From positions 1 through 64,000 of the forward strand of contig JADIIX010000094.1 of the NCBI GenBank assembly GCA_027604505.1: a DNA stretch of 64,000 nucleotides, given 5' to 3'. This document shows positions 1-13,925 of the stretch, piece by piece; position 1 is the first letter of the stretch; every line of letters starts with the position of its first letter. This DNA is from Gonapodya sp. JEL0774 (lineage: Eukaryota). The notes under the pieces are model-generated. The model worked only from the letters and a program-made list of their open reading frames with translations, made no database searches and was not told the origin of the DNA. The position numbers and the translations under genes are program-made.

Positions 1-133
1 CCGTTGAGAAGGTCGACAAGGCTGCCGGCAAGACCACCAAGGTGCGTTGCTATTCTCTCCTATTTTTCCTGTCTCCATTTACTGATGTTAATTACTTATA
101 TAGGCCGCTGGCAAGGCTGCTGGAAAGAAATAA
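1..133 (+). CDS. TEF1: Translation elongation factor 1-alpha, 3' end (last two exons)
   Basis: Exon 1-41 reads VEKVDKAAGKTTK; GT-AG intron 42-103; exon 104-133 reads AAGKAAGKK*. This is the typical EF-1alpha basic tail. Confidence 0.85.
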
Positions 134-1009
134 GCGCAGCCCTCGTGCTTCTAATTTTCGTCTAATTACCATATGAGCAAGTCATTCATTCCGGGACACG
201 TAGACGTTTGGGACCCTGACGGTGGGGCTTCTACTATTGTAATTAGCTTCTCTGGAAAGTTTCCGAGCCTGTGAATAGAGTCGTTCCCTGAATCCATGGT
301 TTCATTGTGTTGATCCTGCGGTGGTGGTGCTCCATAGAGTAAAGCGTGATATGAGAGTTGAGGCCACCTGGTCATTGCAAGTGCCCTAGAATATGGAATG
401 TTGTATGTGTATATTCTTGTATTAGTAGTTATGAAGAACGACAAACACACAAGATCTTGGTTCGCCAGTTGTGTTTTTGCTTTGCAGGAGTTGGGGGTTG
501 CAGAAGCCTCCGTATGAGGACACTCTTACCACCATTTCCAAATACACTGGAACGATCTGTACCAAACTCAGGCCTGAGTCGCTGCTGCTTCCTGGAATCA
601 GAGCTCTTGCCAACAGCCCCCGGACAAAAAATCCTCGCTACCTCCGTGACTCCCTTTCTGCCCCTCTCTGTGGCCTCGATGTCCCCCCTCTTTGCCCTCA
701 TATTAGCTTTGCTCTCCATCACGCCGATTCAACCCTCTGATGCTGCTTCAGTATGTCTTTTTTCCCTCTCGGCATCGTCAGCGATAGCTTTCTTTCCCCG
801 TTCGTTGCTCCCCGTCTCATGTCTCATGTCGATGCACTTCAACCCATCAGACTGTGTTTGCTCAATGGATAACGAGCGACTGCTCTAGTGCGCCAACGTA
901 TTGGTCAGTTAAGGAGCTAAACGCTACAGAGACACCCACAAGCAGCTGTGTGGACTCCATTGGTGAGAACTGAGATTGTCCACCACATACTGTATCTGAA
1001 AACTCAACG

Positions 1010-2538
1010 ATGCGGCCAAGACAAAATTACGTGTGTCCCTTTCTCAAATATATCGACAGTTCCTGTCACAGGAAGCGGCAAGGTTCGTCGGATGTCCTTA
1101 TCTTGATTGCCCTTATTCGGGTTGGTCGAAACTTATGTGCTACAATGTTGTATTATCAGTTCGGATGCCTGAATAATCTAGACCTCACAGAAACTGTTCA
1201 GCTTTTCCCCACTCTGGACTACAACGTCAACCCCTACCTTACCGAAAATGATTCTGAGTTTTGTTCCCAAGGATTTCGTTCTCTCCGCATCTCAAGCTAT
1301 CTCACGACTCTCAGACTTTTTCAATGATTGCTCTCCTTCGAACATCATCGCACGGCTTGCGGTGTCTTCAAACGGCCAGTGCATTCCGCAATACACACTG
1401 AATGCCCAAGATGATGTGCGTGCGTCTCGAACTGCTCCATTGTCACTGAACCCTCACTCGCAGGCATCCACAGATTACAGGAGTAGAGTACTACCAAACC
1501 GCGTCCTGTGGGAAATTGAGCGCCTGTACCGACTCCATCTGCACGAAAGGTTGCAAAACTACCACACTCCGACTCGACTCATGCCAATCCGGCATTAAGT
1601 TCAGCTGCGTACCCAAGCCATCAAGTGGTGCTCCCATCGCTGCAATTGCAGGTGGTGTGGCTGGTGGCATTGCTGTCATTTGTATCATTGTCGGGGTGGT
1701 GTTTTACGTTCGCCGCAAGAACTCCAAGACGGATGCGGCTGCTGCGGGCTCCGATCACCAGCTATTCGCTAAATCACAGCAATTTGCTGCTGTTCCTCCA
1801 TCTATGCAATCCCAGCAGACCTACTACTCGCAACCTGGCTTTGAGTCATCTCAGTTCCGAACCACCCAAGGTTCAATTCAACCAAGTAACTTTTCTGGAA
1901 GCTCGCAATCTCTATCAGTGCAACATGGATCTCTGTCAGGTAGCTCCCAGACTCTTACTGCGTCGTCTAATCTGAGCAAGGAGCAGGTGAGAGACTGTGC
2001 CCAGGTGTGCGAAGTGCTGAATGACAACATATTTTTTAATGTAAAAAGCTGGACAATGTATGGAGGGGTACGCAAGGGAAGGTGATACAGCAATATATTC
2101 CTCAGAATGCGGATGAGGTGAGAGAATGTAATATCTCTCCCCTACATGTTGGACATTGACGCCAATGGTTCCAAACACAGCTTCTCTTGAGCGTGGGTGA
2201 TATAGTTATTGTAGGGGAAGCATTCTTGGATGGTTGGGCTACAGGTCGCAACAGCATGAACAATTCATCTGGGTGAGACATGGCATTACCAATCTCGCGG
2301 GGTTCCTTCTGATCTTGAACGAACTCAATGAAACCCCAGTTTGTTCCCACTCGTCTGTGTTGTACGTTTGGACGGCTCGCAGAGCCTATATACTGCATCA
2401 CAGCAAATTCAATCCATCCCCCCACGATCTATCGCATTCCCTCAATCGTCTCAACAATGGCCACAGGGTGGCCACTCACAGGCATTCTCCCAAATACCTC
2501 AAGGAGACGTTTCAGGACCACCGAATAGTTTCCGTTAG
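1010..2538 (+). CDS. Single-pass membrane protein with Cys-rich ectodomain and cytoplasmic SH3 domain (paralog 1); 5' end uncertain
   Basis: TM segment IAGGVAGGIAVICIIVGVVFYVRRK. Spliced SH3 reads GKVIQQYIPQNADE|LLLSVGDIVIVGEAFLDGWATGRN...G|LFPLVCVVRL. Stop at 2538. Confidence 0.75.
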
Positions 2539-2698
2539 AATTTGTGATGTCTGGGTTGATGATATTTTCGAATATATTATTATTGGGATAATCTAACAAA
2601 ATATTAATTAGTGCCCCACTGTCCAGCTCTGGAACTGTTCAATGCTTTGGCTATCATTACAGAGAAGGCATAGGAAACCTTCTCAGTACGAATCCATC

Positions 2699-4732
2699 AT
2701 GATGTCAATGAGACGAACTCTTACGTTATGGAGTGTGATTCTCCTATCCACGTCGTGGTTAGCCGACAGAACCTTCACACAGTCGGTGGGTGTATCGCCG
2801 AGCGATCTGCAGGGTTGAATCGGGAACTTATGAATCGTTTGCTGGCTCAGACGGTTGCTGTGACGTGGATTTCCTCAGACTGCTCTGGTTCGTCGGCAGA
2901 TGCTCGAGCTGCTCTGTTCACAAGAAGCTATTATGTTCAGCACCCTTTTCCTCAATTTGATTGTGGAAACAGGCCTTCCAACAACTTGGGATGTCACAGA
3001 GCTGGATGTTTCGCTGACGCCGACGAACTCTTGCCTTCCCACGCTTGAGAAGGTTAGTATTCCCTGCTGTTCTGTCCGAACCAGCGGGCCAATCCACTCT
3101 TGCCGACCCTGCCACGTTCGATTCTCCCAAGATTCCATGTATGGAAATCAGCAAAGCGTCGAATGGAACGAAACTTTCGGGCTCATTCAAGCTCGGTTGC
3201 CTCGCAAACCTTTACCTCAACGTCAACTCCTACCTCACATTTAGTACATCGAAATCCTACATGGTTGTTGACACATTCAACGATAACACTACATGCAATA
3301 GCTCGACGATTGTAGAGAGAACAGGTGGGTTAATGAAGCACATGCAGGAAGACACTCTACATAACTCGCGTTAACGTTTTCACTTGGTATAGGCTTTCTT
3401 GCCGACGAAACCTGTGTCCCTGTGTGGTCGGTGTCACCGAATGGGGAGCAATTGACGGGGGTGGAAGCTTTTTTGCAAACCGACTCTTTGTGCCAAACAC
3501 TAACAACATGCGAGGTAACATTAGATGGTCTTTCTTTTGAAGTGTCTCGCTTATCAAGCAATGACTCCGTAATTATAGGATTCCCTATGCTCCCGTAATT
3601 GTATAAAGCAGGGCACAATATCACCAGGCGAATGTCAAAATGGTACCTCGGTTCGATGCACGAAAGGATCCGAGGACATAGGAGCAGCATCTGTGACTAC
3701 AGCACCTGTGGTTACAGCAACGTCGCTTTCCAAATCGTCCGGAGCTTCGTCGTCAGACTCAAATTCGTCAGGGAGTAATGTTGGTGCCGGCGCGATTGTC
3801 GGCTACACTCTCGGTGGCGTTTCAATCATCCTGCTTGCTTTGGCGGGAATCATCTTTTGGCGCTGGAGGGCTCCAGCAAACCCCTCAGGCTACGAACCAC
3901 TTAGCTCGGGAGGCTCCTACTCGCATGCTATTTACCCGCAGTATCCTCAGCAGACACCCCCTTTCGCAGGGACTGTAAGCGTACCACTTCTGCGATCACA
4001 TGTGGAGAAAGATCTTTCAATAGAGGGAACAACTTATTCTTTTGTAGAATCACTCAAATTGACCAAAAAACAGGTATGATGCTCTCCTTATTTGCTCTGG
4101 ATAAGGTCCGTCTGACTCACCTACAGGATTTGAGTAGCTTGATGAAATTTGGAAGGGGGTCCGGGTGGTCACAGTACAACCTTACGCACCAGACAAGTAT
4201 GGAGATGAAATGATTCTCAATCAGGGCGACACAATCCTGGTCGGCGAAGCATTTACAGACGGGTTTGTAATCGTCTTTCTTATAACGTTTGGGTGATAGT
4301 ATTTTTTTGAAGCACATCTTTTTTGATCTCCATAGGTGGGCCACCGGCACGAACCTTATGACAGGAGTAAGATTAACGCATGTTTGAACGTTTCTTTTCA
4401 AGACGTTGATCGAATCACTCACAAAACATCATTAGTTCGTCGGCCTCTTTCCTCTTGTTTGCGTTGCCCGGGCTGATGGCTTTGACAAAGCCTCTGCGTT
4501 GTCCTTGCCTCTCCGCCCAATCCCATCCCGATCTACATTTTTTGATGATACGTCTCGGCTTGAAACCTCCAGGGGGATTAGTGACAACAGGACATCAGTA
4601 CAGGGCGTATACTCCTTGGCACTCTCAAATCAGACGCATGTGAATCCGTCAGGAACGTCGCCCTCTTCAGACACACAAACGTTGTGGTCAACCAATGCAA
4701 ATTTGGGCTCTCGGACGTCTGGCGCTCCATAA
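2699..4732 (+). CDS. Single-pass membrane protein with signal peptide, Cys-rich ectodomain and SH3 domain (paralog 2)
   Basis: Signal-like start MMSMRRTLTLWSVILLSTSW; TM segment IVGYTLGGVSIILLALAGIIFWRWR; SH3 VVTVQPYAPDKYGDEMILNQGDTILVGEAFTDG|WATGTN...GLFPLVCVAR. Confidence 0.78.
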
Positions 4733-4852
4733 ACGTAGTCAATCAACGTAGTATTTCAGCAAGACAAATTATTACTGTCGAACGAATATCAATGTGTAGT
4801 GACCCATGAAAGGCGTTCTCTTTCGTTCAAGGCTCGGATTAACGACAAGTGT

Positions 4853-7800
4853 TCAAATGTTCAATCTCTTTGTCGGGAGTATCACTTCAACTGACAGTGA
4901 ACGACGATGACCTCTCATCCTGCTCCCACCCTTCAAATGTAAACAAGTATTCCTCGCTTTCCAGCCAAGTGCGATCGCGGTATCTGCTGTGGTGCATTCG
5001 AAGCTCATATCGTCCACGGAATGTGCACTAACAAGGTATGGAGGTCCTGGATTTCCAGCAACTTCGATCCGCGGTACTTTTTTGACGAGAGTTTCGAACG
5101 GTGATGCTCCAGCTGCCATCAGACACAAATTTGAGTTTCTTCTTTAATCCGCATTTTTGTGCAATAAACACGAACCTTCGAGTTGTTCGGTAGGTTCGTG
5201 AGTACCAGCCGTCTGACGAGGAGTCTCCAACACGGTCAATGGAGTCTGTAACCCCTGTCTCGCACGCGAAGATTCTTTGGCTGTTATTTGGCTCGATTCC
5301 TAATACAGAGGAGCGGGAGATTAGCACTCCCGTCGCTGGCAGGGGCGGATCATTAACAATTGCACGCACCTGCACTTTCTGACCACCTGCGCATTCTTCC
5401 TCAAAGCTCCGACTAACATGAATCTCTGGGACAAACTCCGCCAATAGAGCGCCTTCATGTAGTTGAGTAGAATCACCTTTCGCAAACAGCGCTAGACAAT
5501 TTTCAATCGACATCTCCGACCAGTCACGAAGGCCTAGCACTTCCAAGGCAGGAGCGTGCTTGAAGACCTCACAAGGAATAGTTCCATTGGCAGGATTCAA
5601 TCTTGATAGGTCCGTGAGGGCCTCAATCGGAAAAGGGCATTGACAAACAGGGTTATCGCCAACAGTCTACCAGAGTGGCAATCCTTGACTGACCTGATGT
5701 TGGGACGCCGCAATAGCGCAATCAGACACAGTCAATCCAGGAATCATAGGATCTCCTCTTAAAATATCGGATCGTCCCGTTGGAGTTCCAGCTAAGTGGT
5801 TCTGATCGAAAGCTGCATCAACGACTCCTTTCGCCACTGTCGCGTATTTAAGGTCCTCATCCACAGAAATCAAAAGCCGGTCACTTTGAGATTTAATCGC
5901 AGATCCTTTCAGGAGATTGGATTCCGCCCCGTGGATGCTGAGATTTCCCGACATGTTGGATTGGGCATTTAGAAGGGGAATAATTTGGTTTCCTCGCAAA
6001 TGCAAGTCCTCTAGTTCTGTCAAAAGCGGCGCGGATATGTTGTGACTCCAAAGGACTTCAAGGGAATGCTGTATTTGCCGAATTACTCTAAGGAGCCTGT
6101 TAGATTCCGTTATAAGATGTTCAGTTTTGCGTTTGCAAACATTCAAAGCCTCGTCAATTGGCGGAACCAAATGTGTCAGATCAGGTGTTATTGCTCTAGC
6201 TTGGATCCCATCTACTTTGCTGGAGATATGCTTGACGGCTTTTTTCAGCGTTTTGAACCCCTTGTCTGACTTAAGATCTCTTAAACGGTGGATCATTCCG
6301 GGCTCAATTGTTGGCGATGGGTCTAACCTTTCACGCAATTTTTTAGATTTCATGTGTTCGATGTGGTCCACTGACTTTGGGGTGGGGTTAACGGGGCTGC
6401 ACGTTATGTTCCTTGGAGGACTTGAGTGGGAACCTCCCCAAAGAGGAAGGACACTAAGTTCATCGCAACTAACCAAAGTACCGAGCTTGGGCGCTTCCAC
6501 CTGGGGTTGTTCAGGTTGTTCAGGCGTACCGTGAAGCCACGGATGATTCTATGAAGCGGAAGGGGTAAATCATTCGACAGATCAATGAACCATTCTCGGT
6601 AGGGAAGGGAAAACACAGTCCCACCAAAAGGCTTGAGATATCATTCGTGATTGCATCGAAAAAGAGTAATCTCTTCGCAAGATCGAGAGCCGCAGTAAAG
6701 TTTCCAGATGAGGATATTGAAAGTAGTGGTTGATCGCCCGAATAAGGTCCACCCAACTCCTCGTCCAGTGGCGGATTCACTTCCAACATAGAAAGGAGTG
6801 ATTTTGCATCAGCGTAACTCATGGATGTGCCCGCTTTGATCCGCATTTGAATCAGGTGTTGGGGTGAAGAGAACTCTGCCCGTCTGCTGTCACGCACGCG
6901 AAAAAGGGAAATCATTCTCAGTAAGGCACACCTTTTTCAAAGGGTAGCAATGTTAGTGAAGCCAGAGAAAAGTGTAAAGACGAAAGAAGAACCGCACCCT
7001 ATGTTCCAGGTGTTTAATTCCTGCCAGTACTCAGGGCTCCATCCCTCCTCGTCGATCTTTTGCTCTTCTAGACCCAAAACTATTTGGATTCGCCCATTTC
7101 TATCGAGAAATATATCTTCCGTGTCGATAGGAGCGGGAATAATTCGTGAACTCGTCGCGTTCCAATTTGCAATAATTGGTGCAAAAGGTGAAGTTAATTC
7201 AGCCCTCGAGTGAATATTTTGAAATGCTGTAAGAACTTGTAGGAACATATTTGCTGCAGCACCGTATGTGAGGTTGTCCGTAAACGGGCTTGGGAATCTT
7301 GTGTTCCCCTGCGTTGCTTCGGGTTGTGGGAACTTCGCTGATGCGAGGACCTCCTGTAGACTGATCTCAAAATTAGTGTAAAGAAGGTAGAGATCACCAC
7401 CTATGATAACAATGGTTGAATCTAGTATCGATTGTCGATAAATGTTTTTGGCGTTAAAAACTTGCCGCTTCCATAAATGATCTCCTGAGGCAAAGCTGTA
7501 TCTTTGCATAACTTTGATTTGCCACTATCGGTTCGGCGATTGTGAATGACACTCAAGCGAACATTTGATAGCGCGAGTACCGAGAACTGGAGAAGGAATG
7601 CACTCTCTCTCACACGAATGGTGCCGAGAATGCACAGACTCTGGACTTACACCTTCGGACCGTGATATGTCATCGCCTTGCCAAATTCTGCGAAGTATGG
7701 CATGCTCTCCATTGTTCAGAATTTTAACATGGTGCGTCCTGAACCAGTAGAATATGCGGTGAAAAAGACTTCGTATCACGGCACACTTACTCACCTTTTG

Positions 7801-9330
7801 TTGAGCCTTGCAGAATCTAGGAGCTCAAATGATGGTCCTGCGCTATTACCTATCGGTGGTAGACGTTGTACGTGTGAAACCTGAGTGGCCTCAGTTCGAT
7901 GAATTATAAGAGCGGAAGATGCGGGTACTGCTAATTCGGCGTTCCGATCTGAGCAATTGTCTTGAAATTTCTTCTCAAACCCCACGCTTGAGCTCATTTC
8001 ATTCCCACTCCTCATCCGCACCCGAGTCTCTATTGAACAGATGCCCGACTCCTTCAAGAAAAAGTTCTCAGCGAATTTTCTCATGGTTGTCACAGACAGT
8101 GGCCGTACCAATGGGAGGCCAGTAGAGAGGATCGAGATACACGGTAGCTGTGGAGCTCCAGGTAATTGGGGTGGTGGGGGCAGGAACTGGATTCCCTTCG
8201 GTGGGGCAGGAAACGGCAGAGTCCAGGGGACCACATTGTCATCAGTCTGAGCAGACTTGTAAGGCTTCAAGCTCAGAGGCGACCGAGAAGTTGCTGGCGG
8301 CACCCCGTCCTCCTTTACAGTGAGCTGGGGGATTCTTCCTTGCTTCCCATGAGGCACTTGGTGGCCTGCCGCTCCTGAGCTCTCCGATAGACTGACAGTC
8401 ATCTCACTGCCTGATAGCTCTTGCTCTCTCTTGATAGTGGTGCCTTGTGAAATTATAGCGCGTGGAGGCTGCACATTGCACGTTGACCCAGATCAACAAC
8501 GGTCCCATGAACAGCTGTTTCAGATAAAGTGCTGGAGTATATTTGAGACTCACCAGATCAAAACTTATCCTAGGATCCTCGCGAAGTGAGTGCTTGCGGT
8601 CTCGAACCGAACAAGAGTTGGCATTTGTCATGTGCCCCACGTTGAAGTGTCCCGCGGTCTCACCAAACGCTCCATGTGAGAAAACGTTGTGATTCCCAGG
8701 TTCGGGGTGTGCCGAAGGCACGACTGCATCACTGCTGTGCAAGGTTTTCGTCTGCTCACTCCTTCCCCACAGATCATCATCCTCCTCAACACACCCCAGC
8801 AAAGTTGGCGTTTCAGTATCTTTACCGCAAGACTCATGTAAATGAGATGCATAGTACGCGTCGTAATCGAAGTCGAATTGAAGCAAGCTCTTGGAATTTC
8901 GGCTTGGTTCCTTGGTGTCCAAGAGCTCTTCTTCGAGCAACGAGAGGCCCATTCCCATAGAATCTTCTGCAAGAGCAACGCTTTCTGGATCGATTCCATT
9001 TTTATCCCATCGTGGGGGTCGAAATAACCGAGACTGCCCATTGAATAACGCAGCGTAGGCCTCCTTCACTCTCGGAGGGTCTCTGACCCGAAAACGTTTG
9101 ACCGATCCTGGATTGAATAAAGTTTCTTCGCGGGGTGTCTCCGCTGCCACCTTGCGTTTTTTTCCGAAGCTATCCCCCTTTTTCCTTCGAAAGGAAGTCC
9201 TTTTCCGCTCTGACGCACTGGGATCCACAGCACCGTCCTTAGCATTATAATGTTGGTGCTGAATATTCAAAGGACCGGAAGCTTCTTGTTGTGAAACGCC
9301 GAAGACGGTTTCTAAAACTTCCGACATCGC
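4853..9330 (-). CDS. Large multi-exon hypothetical protein (possibly more than one gene) with a degenerate kinase-like segment and a coiled-coil region
   Basis: A chain of long minus-strand ORFs separated by intron-sized gaps. 6937-7509 contains MFLQVLTAFQNIHSR...PIDTEDIFLDRNGRIQI...WSPE...TWNIG, which has kinase subdomain VI-IX spacing but no HRD or DFG. Confidence 0.45.
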
Positions 9331-9856
9331 CACAAAGGATCTCTGCCACAACAGCAGTCCGTAAAAGAAGAGAGATGGTTACACGATGAGATTGATTGAG
9401 AGCTAAGAGGCAAATCCGCGGTGCAGCGCAGGAGGGTAGCAGGTGGCTCATACGTCATCCTCACACATCGGCCTCTCGGGCAGTCTGAGGTCGAGATCCA
9501 GGACCGCAATAGTAAACTCACTTAGAGAGGGTAGCAAAGATGGTAGCAATCTCGGATTTGCGCCCTTTGTGAATTGGTGTTTGAGACTGAGGAGTAGTCA
9601 GTTCAATGTGGTCTAAAGGAGCACAGGCCATCCATAATCTTGAAAGTGGGCGATGACGATGATTCCTGAAAACTAGTTTCCTTCAAGCATCAGACTTATT
9701 GTGCTTGCCACGCAACAATTGGATTGTGGTGACACAGTGATAGAGGAATTCCTCAGGCTTTCCCCCCTCTAACTTCATCAATTTTGTAGATCAAATACAT
9801 AAAATAGGTGTACTTTATTCAACATGCATGCCGTTATGTAAAGGGTGAAACTCTTT

Positions 9857-11873
9857 CACTGTTGTGTACAAACTGTTGCCTTGATCCCCTTCGACGTCAA
9901 GAATGACATCAAAGCACCCAAGTCCTCCTGCACCAAAATCATCATGTGTTTATCACACGACCGTTTTCGACAAGCAGTGCTCCCAGCTCACCTCCCGGTA
10001 CAATGAGATCACCAGCATGATTTGCGTTGCTCCATCTGGCAACTCTGTTTTTGCACTCTCCGTTTTCCCAACCACCCTTTGTTTCTCTCGACTTTCTTTT
10101 ATCACGTTCATGCCATTTCCCGACGTCGATTGTTCCGCTTGTGGTGCAGATCGACAAGCGAAGTCCGCGGTCCGGGATTTCTCTACCGTGACAGGAAGGA
10201 AGATCTGTCGTTGTTTGTGCAATAAATCTCGCTTTGATTTCATTTTGCGTTCCCATCGTGCTTGCGCTCGTGCGTACTGGCCGGATACTAAAAACAGTCC
10301 GAAAGTCGTAGATACAAACGGGAACTCTTGTCTCGGGAAGGTACCCACTAAGTGAAAGAGGAAACGCCAAAATAAACAAGCTCAGAATCATACCCACGCC
10401 CACCAATGTCTTGCCAATGACACTGTGGGGTACGACGTCTGGTGGTGAAGCGTCGTGCGTGAGAACATCTGGCGAAATCATGTTTGACATGACGGACTCC
10501 ACGCACCTCCGAACCCGACTGTTGCCACAGTCACGACAACAAACCAAAAAGTCTCCGGAATACTTTGAAATCCAGTCCTCTGCCTGGTCTCTGTATAAAT
10601 CCATTGATTCAGGGACGGATCGAATACGGACACAGATTGCTCGCAGTAGAACAAGAGAGTGCTCTCAAACACGATCAGAATAGCATACGCGTAGAATAGT
10701 GCAAATATAGCTGTTCGTGATTGCCAAACGGCGTCTTCAAAGAGCAGGGTTGGTAGCGAGGAGAGAATATCATGAGCGCGTGAACTCACGAGTTAGCATG
10801 TAGATCTTCCCAGACTTATGCATCAACTTAAACAGTTGCAGAATTCGTGCTAGTCTCAACACTCTGAGGGCTCCCAGCATGCTCAGCCGAGTTGTGTCGG
10901 ACACAATATCCTTCACCTGAACAGCAGAAACAAGAAGCTCTATCCAGATGGGTAGTGTGGCAACGATATCAACCAAGATGACAGGATCTGCAAGTTCCTC
11001 CCAGTCCACCGTGCACATGAGCCCAAGAACTATTTCTGCAGTGAACGCAACGGCAACGATAATCTGCGTATCACTGCCTCCGATCAGATGATTCACGAAT
11101 GATTGGCGATTCCACATAGATGACTTGAGCACTTACATCAATAGCAAAAAAGACATACTGAGCTGTTCGATCGACCCACAGCTCTGGTATACTGGAGAGA
11201 CACTGTCAACAAAAAGCTCCTTCAATATATTCATGCTCGTATCAAAAAGCCTCGAAACACTTACCATCGATACTGTTGAGATCAAAATCACAGATGTAAA
11301 GAAAAAGTACCTCGCCCTCGCGGCTGGAGTGAACCTCGTTTTCATAATGACCCTCAACTTCTTTTTCCATGGGGGCCACCGATTAATCTTGCTCGCATGC
11401 CTCGACATTGTCTGCACCTCTATTTGGCTTGCAATGTCATCGTCGTCTTCAGCGTCCGTAAGGTCTGACCCGTTTCGTCTGCCGAGCTCTGTGGTGTGGT
11501 TTGAAGGCAACAGATACGACATATGGACGATAGCCTAGCGGTTTACTGTGATTGCTTTGGGGACAGACGTTTCGACTTTCGGTATCAATTTAATCGCAGG
11601 AAGTGTGAAAAGAGTGGGAAACTCCGAGGCAAGTTCCCCACTGCGAAGCTTTCAGGGCAGCCGATCACCGACTAAAACTACATGCGGTTTCACTCATGAA
11701 AGACCAGTGAAAGTAGAAATATGTTCGTGGATCGAATCATTGAATTCGTCTGACGAACGTAAAAATGAGCAATGCTTGGAAGGCCCAGAAGGCCACAAAG
11801 CATTTTGCGAAGACCGCCTCACAGAAGGTCAGCCCACAACTCACTCTTTAAATCGATGTCGATTCTTGCTCAT
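9857..11873 (-). CDS. Voltage-gated (6-TM, Kv-type) potassium channel subunit
   Basis: S3 ILVDIVATLPIWIE; S4 LRVLRLARILQLFKLMHK; pore FQSIPETFWFVVVTVATVGFG|DVVPHS (intron inside the Asp codon); S6 GVGMILSLFILAFPLSLI. Start codon approximate. Confidence 0.9.
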
Positions 11874-12262
11874 GTCGTCACATCCAGCTCAGAGCTTTCA
11901 ATCTCGAAACCCATCAAGTCTTTTCTTTCTTCTGCATCACGATTGAGCTTATGCCACGCGCTTCGTCTCCGCGCACTCGCAGGCACACAATTGGTGCGTT
12001 CACAAGCGACTACCGTGCTATCAATTTATACTGAGTAATCTCTTACCATTGAATTCCACCATACTTCTTGCAGCAGCTGCTCCCCGCTCTCCCACGCACT
12101 CGTACGCTCTTAGGTCGCTGCACTCTGTCGCACGTCGCAGCACAACCCGCTCGCTCGCGCGCATCCAGGCCATCCATCCCATCATCCCATTGCCATTGGG
12201 GAGCACTCACAGATACCCGCTGAGGCAATATGTGAGTTGCTGCTGTCCCTCCATTTTGTCAG

Positions 12263-13644
12263 CCAGTCCCTTTTGTAACTATCGTCTGCGGAACCCAGCA
12301 ACGCGCTGCAGCCGCTTCGGCTGCGGCACTAGCACCTCCTTCTCCTCCTCCTGCACACGCACCTGTAGCAGTACCCCGGTTCGGATTCGGACTCCCAGTC
12401 GTCCCAGCACCGGCAGTTCGTGCACCACGTCCGTTCAACGCATTTGCTGCTGGCAGGGCCGGCGGTGGCCGGATTGTGTCTGCTCCTGGTGACATTCATG
12501 TGGTGTTCCTCGTGGATATATCCGGATCAAGTGAGCGACAACAATTCTCAGTCCTTGTTCTTCTTGAAAGAAGTTCTTCTTGAATTTACTTTAAATCCCG
12601 CGCCTTCCCTTCCTCTGCAGTGAGTTCCCAAATCAACGGAGTGAAATCAATGATCTCTTTCTTTTCTCAAACACCGCGGCCTGGCCTTCACCTCCACCTC
12701 CACACGTTCACGGAATCTTACTCCGGCTGCTACGTAACTTCCTCTCCTACAAACCTCACCACTCCTCAGCTCGCACAATACGTCGACACAAAACTCAAAT
12801 TGAGTTGCCCACCGGATATGCCGGGCGTCAACGCCAGTGGCGGCGACGGGCCGGAAAATCACGCCGCTGGCATCGCGAGCCTCACGCAAAAGTTTTCAAA
12901 GCAGGATAATGTGGTGTGCTTCCTCATCACAGATGCTGAGCCACATTACAAGAGCAGGTCGGCATTCTCTCAGGAAGCCAAAAAAGAGAAGGAGTGGCTC
13001 ACAACAAACGGCTACCCCACAGACATTTTCAAGGTAAGCATCTTCTTGTTCCTTTTCCGTTACGTTTCGATTTCCGTTTGCGATCCATTAATTCTCCTCA
13101 ACCCACTCCGACGCAGCTCCTTCACCACGTAGTGTCTTCGCTCACTGTCACCTTCATTCCTATCCTGTACACCTCACCTGATCTGATTTGGTTCACACAA
13201 CTCGCCGGTCTCTCTTCGGGTCTCCTCCTTTTTCCCTCTTCCAACGACGCTTCTGCATTAGCTGATGCACTGCACGTGCTGCTGGGTGCATTGCAGGCTC
13301 GTGTGGGTGCGGGACGGGGACACGCTGGTGGACCGGAGTTGGACCACGCTAGTTTCTCACGGTTGGCCAAAGAGTTTCGAGTGGTGACGCCAATGGAAGG
13401 GGAATTCATGGTCATGGACGAGGACAAGGTTGAAGCTGGTAGTCGTGTTGGGGCGTTTGGATTTGGTGCTGTGGCAGCTCCGTCCGCAGCGGTTTTCGGA
13501 TTTGGTGGTGTCGCAGCACCCGCGGCAGGTCCGAGTTCAGCGGCACCACGGGTGGATTTGATCAGTCCAGAGATTTATACACGGAGGGAGGATGCAGGGA
13601 TTGCGGTGCCGGCGATGATTGAACGTGCAGTTGGAAGAAGATGA
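12263..13644 (+). CDS. von Willebrand factor A (vWA) domain protein; start unresolved
   Basis: Spliced MIDAS motif HVVFLVDISGS|MSSQING, then GGDGPENH and VCFLITDAEPH, as in vWA domains. Confidence 0.75.
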
Positions 13645-13925
13645 ATATCCGGTTTCTAATTTCTTTTCAAACACAATTAACACTGCAGAGCTTTCTTTAT
13701 TTGTTATTTAGTCTTTGGCTTTCTTTGCTTATTTCGCTTGAGCGTCCGATGTATCCATCAACTACATAAGACATAGACAGAGCAGAACAGGCTGGGACAC
13801 AATGGCCACTTTGGTGGCAATTCGTGGGGAGGGGGTTAATAATCGATGCTGCTTCTAGCATATGCCTGTGAATGCGATGATTCGCCAACGCCACAAAAAT
13901 TCATGCAACGTTGTGCCACTATGTA

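Noticed and set aside
166..888. ORFs downstream of EF-1alpha, including a minus-strand frame with an in-frame TGA (selenocysteine?)
   Set aside because: No recognisable domain, redox motif or SECIS; probably non-coding.
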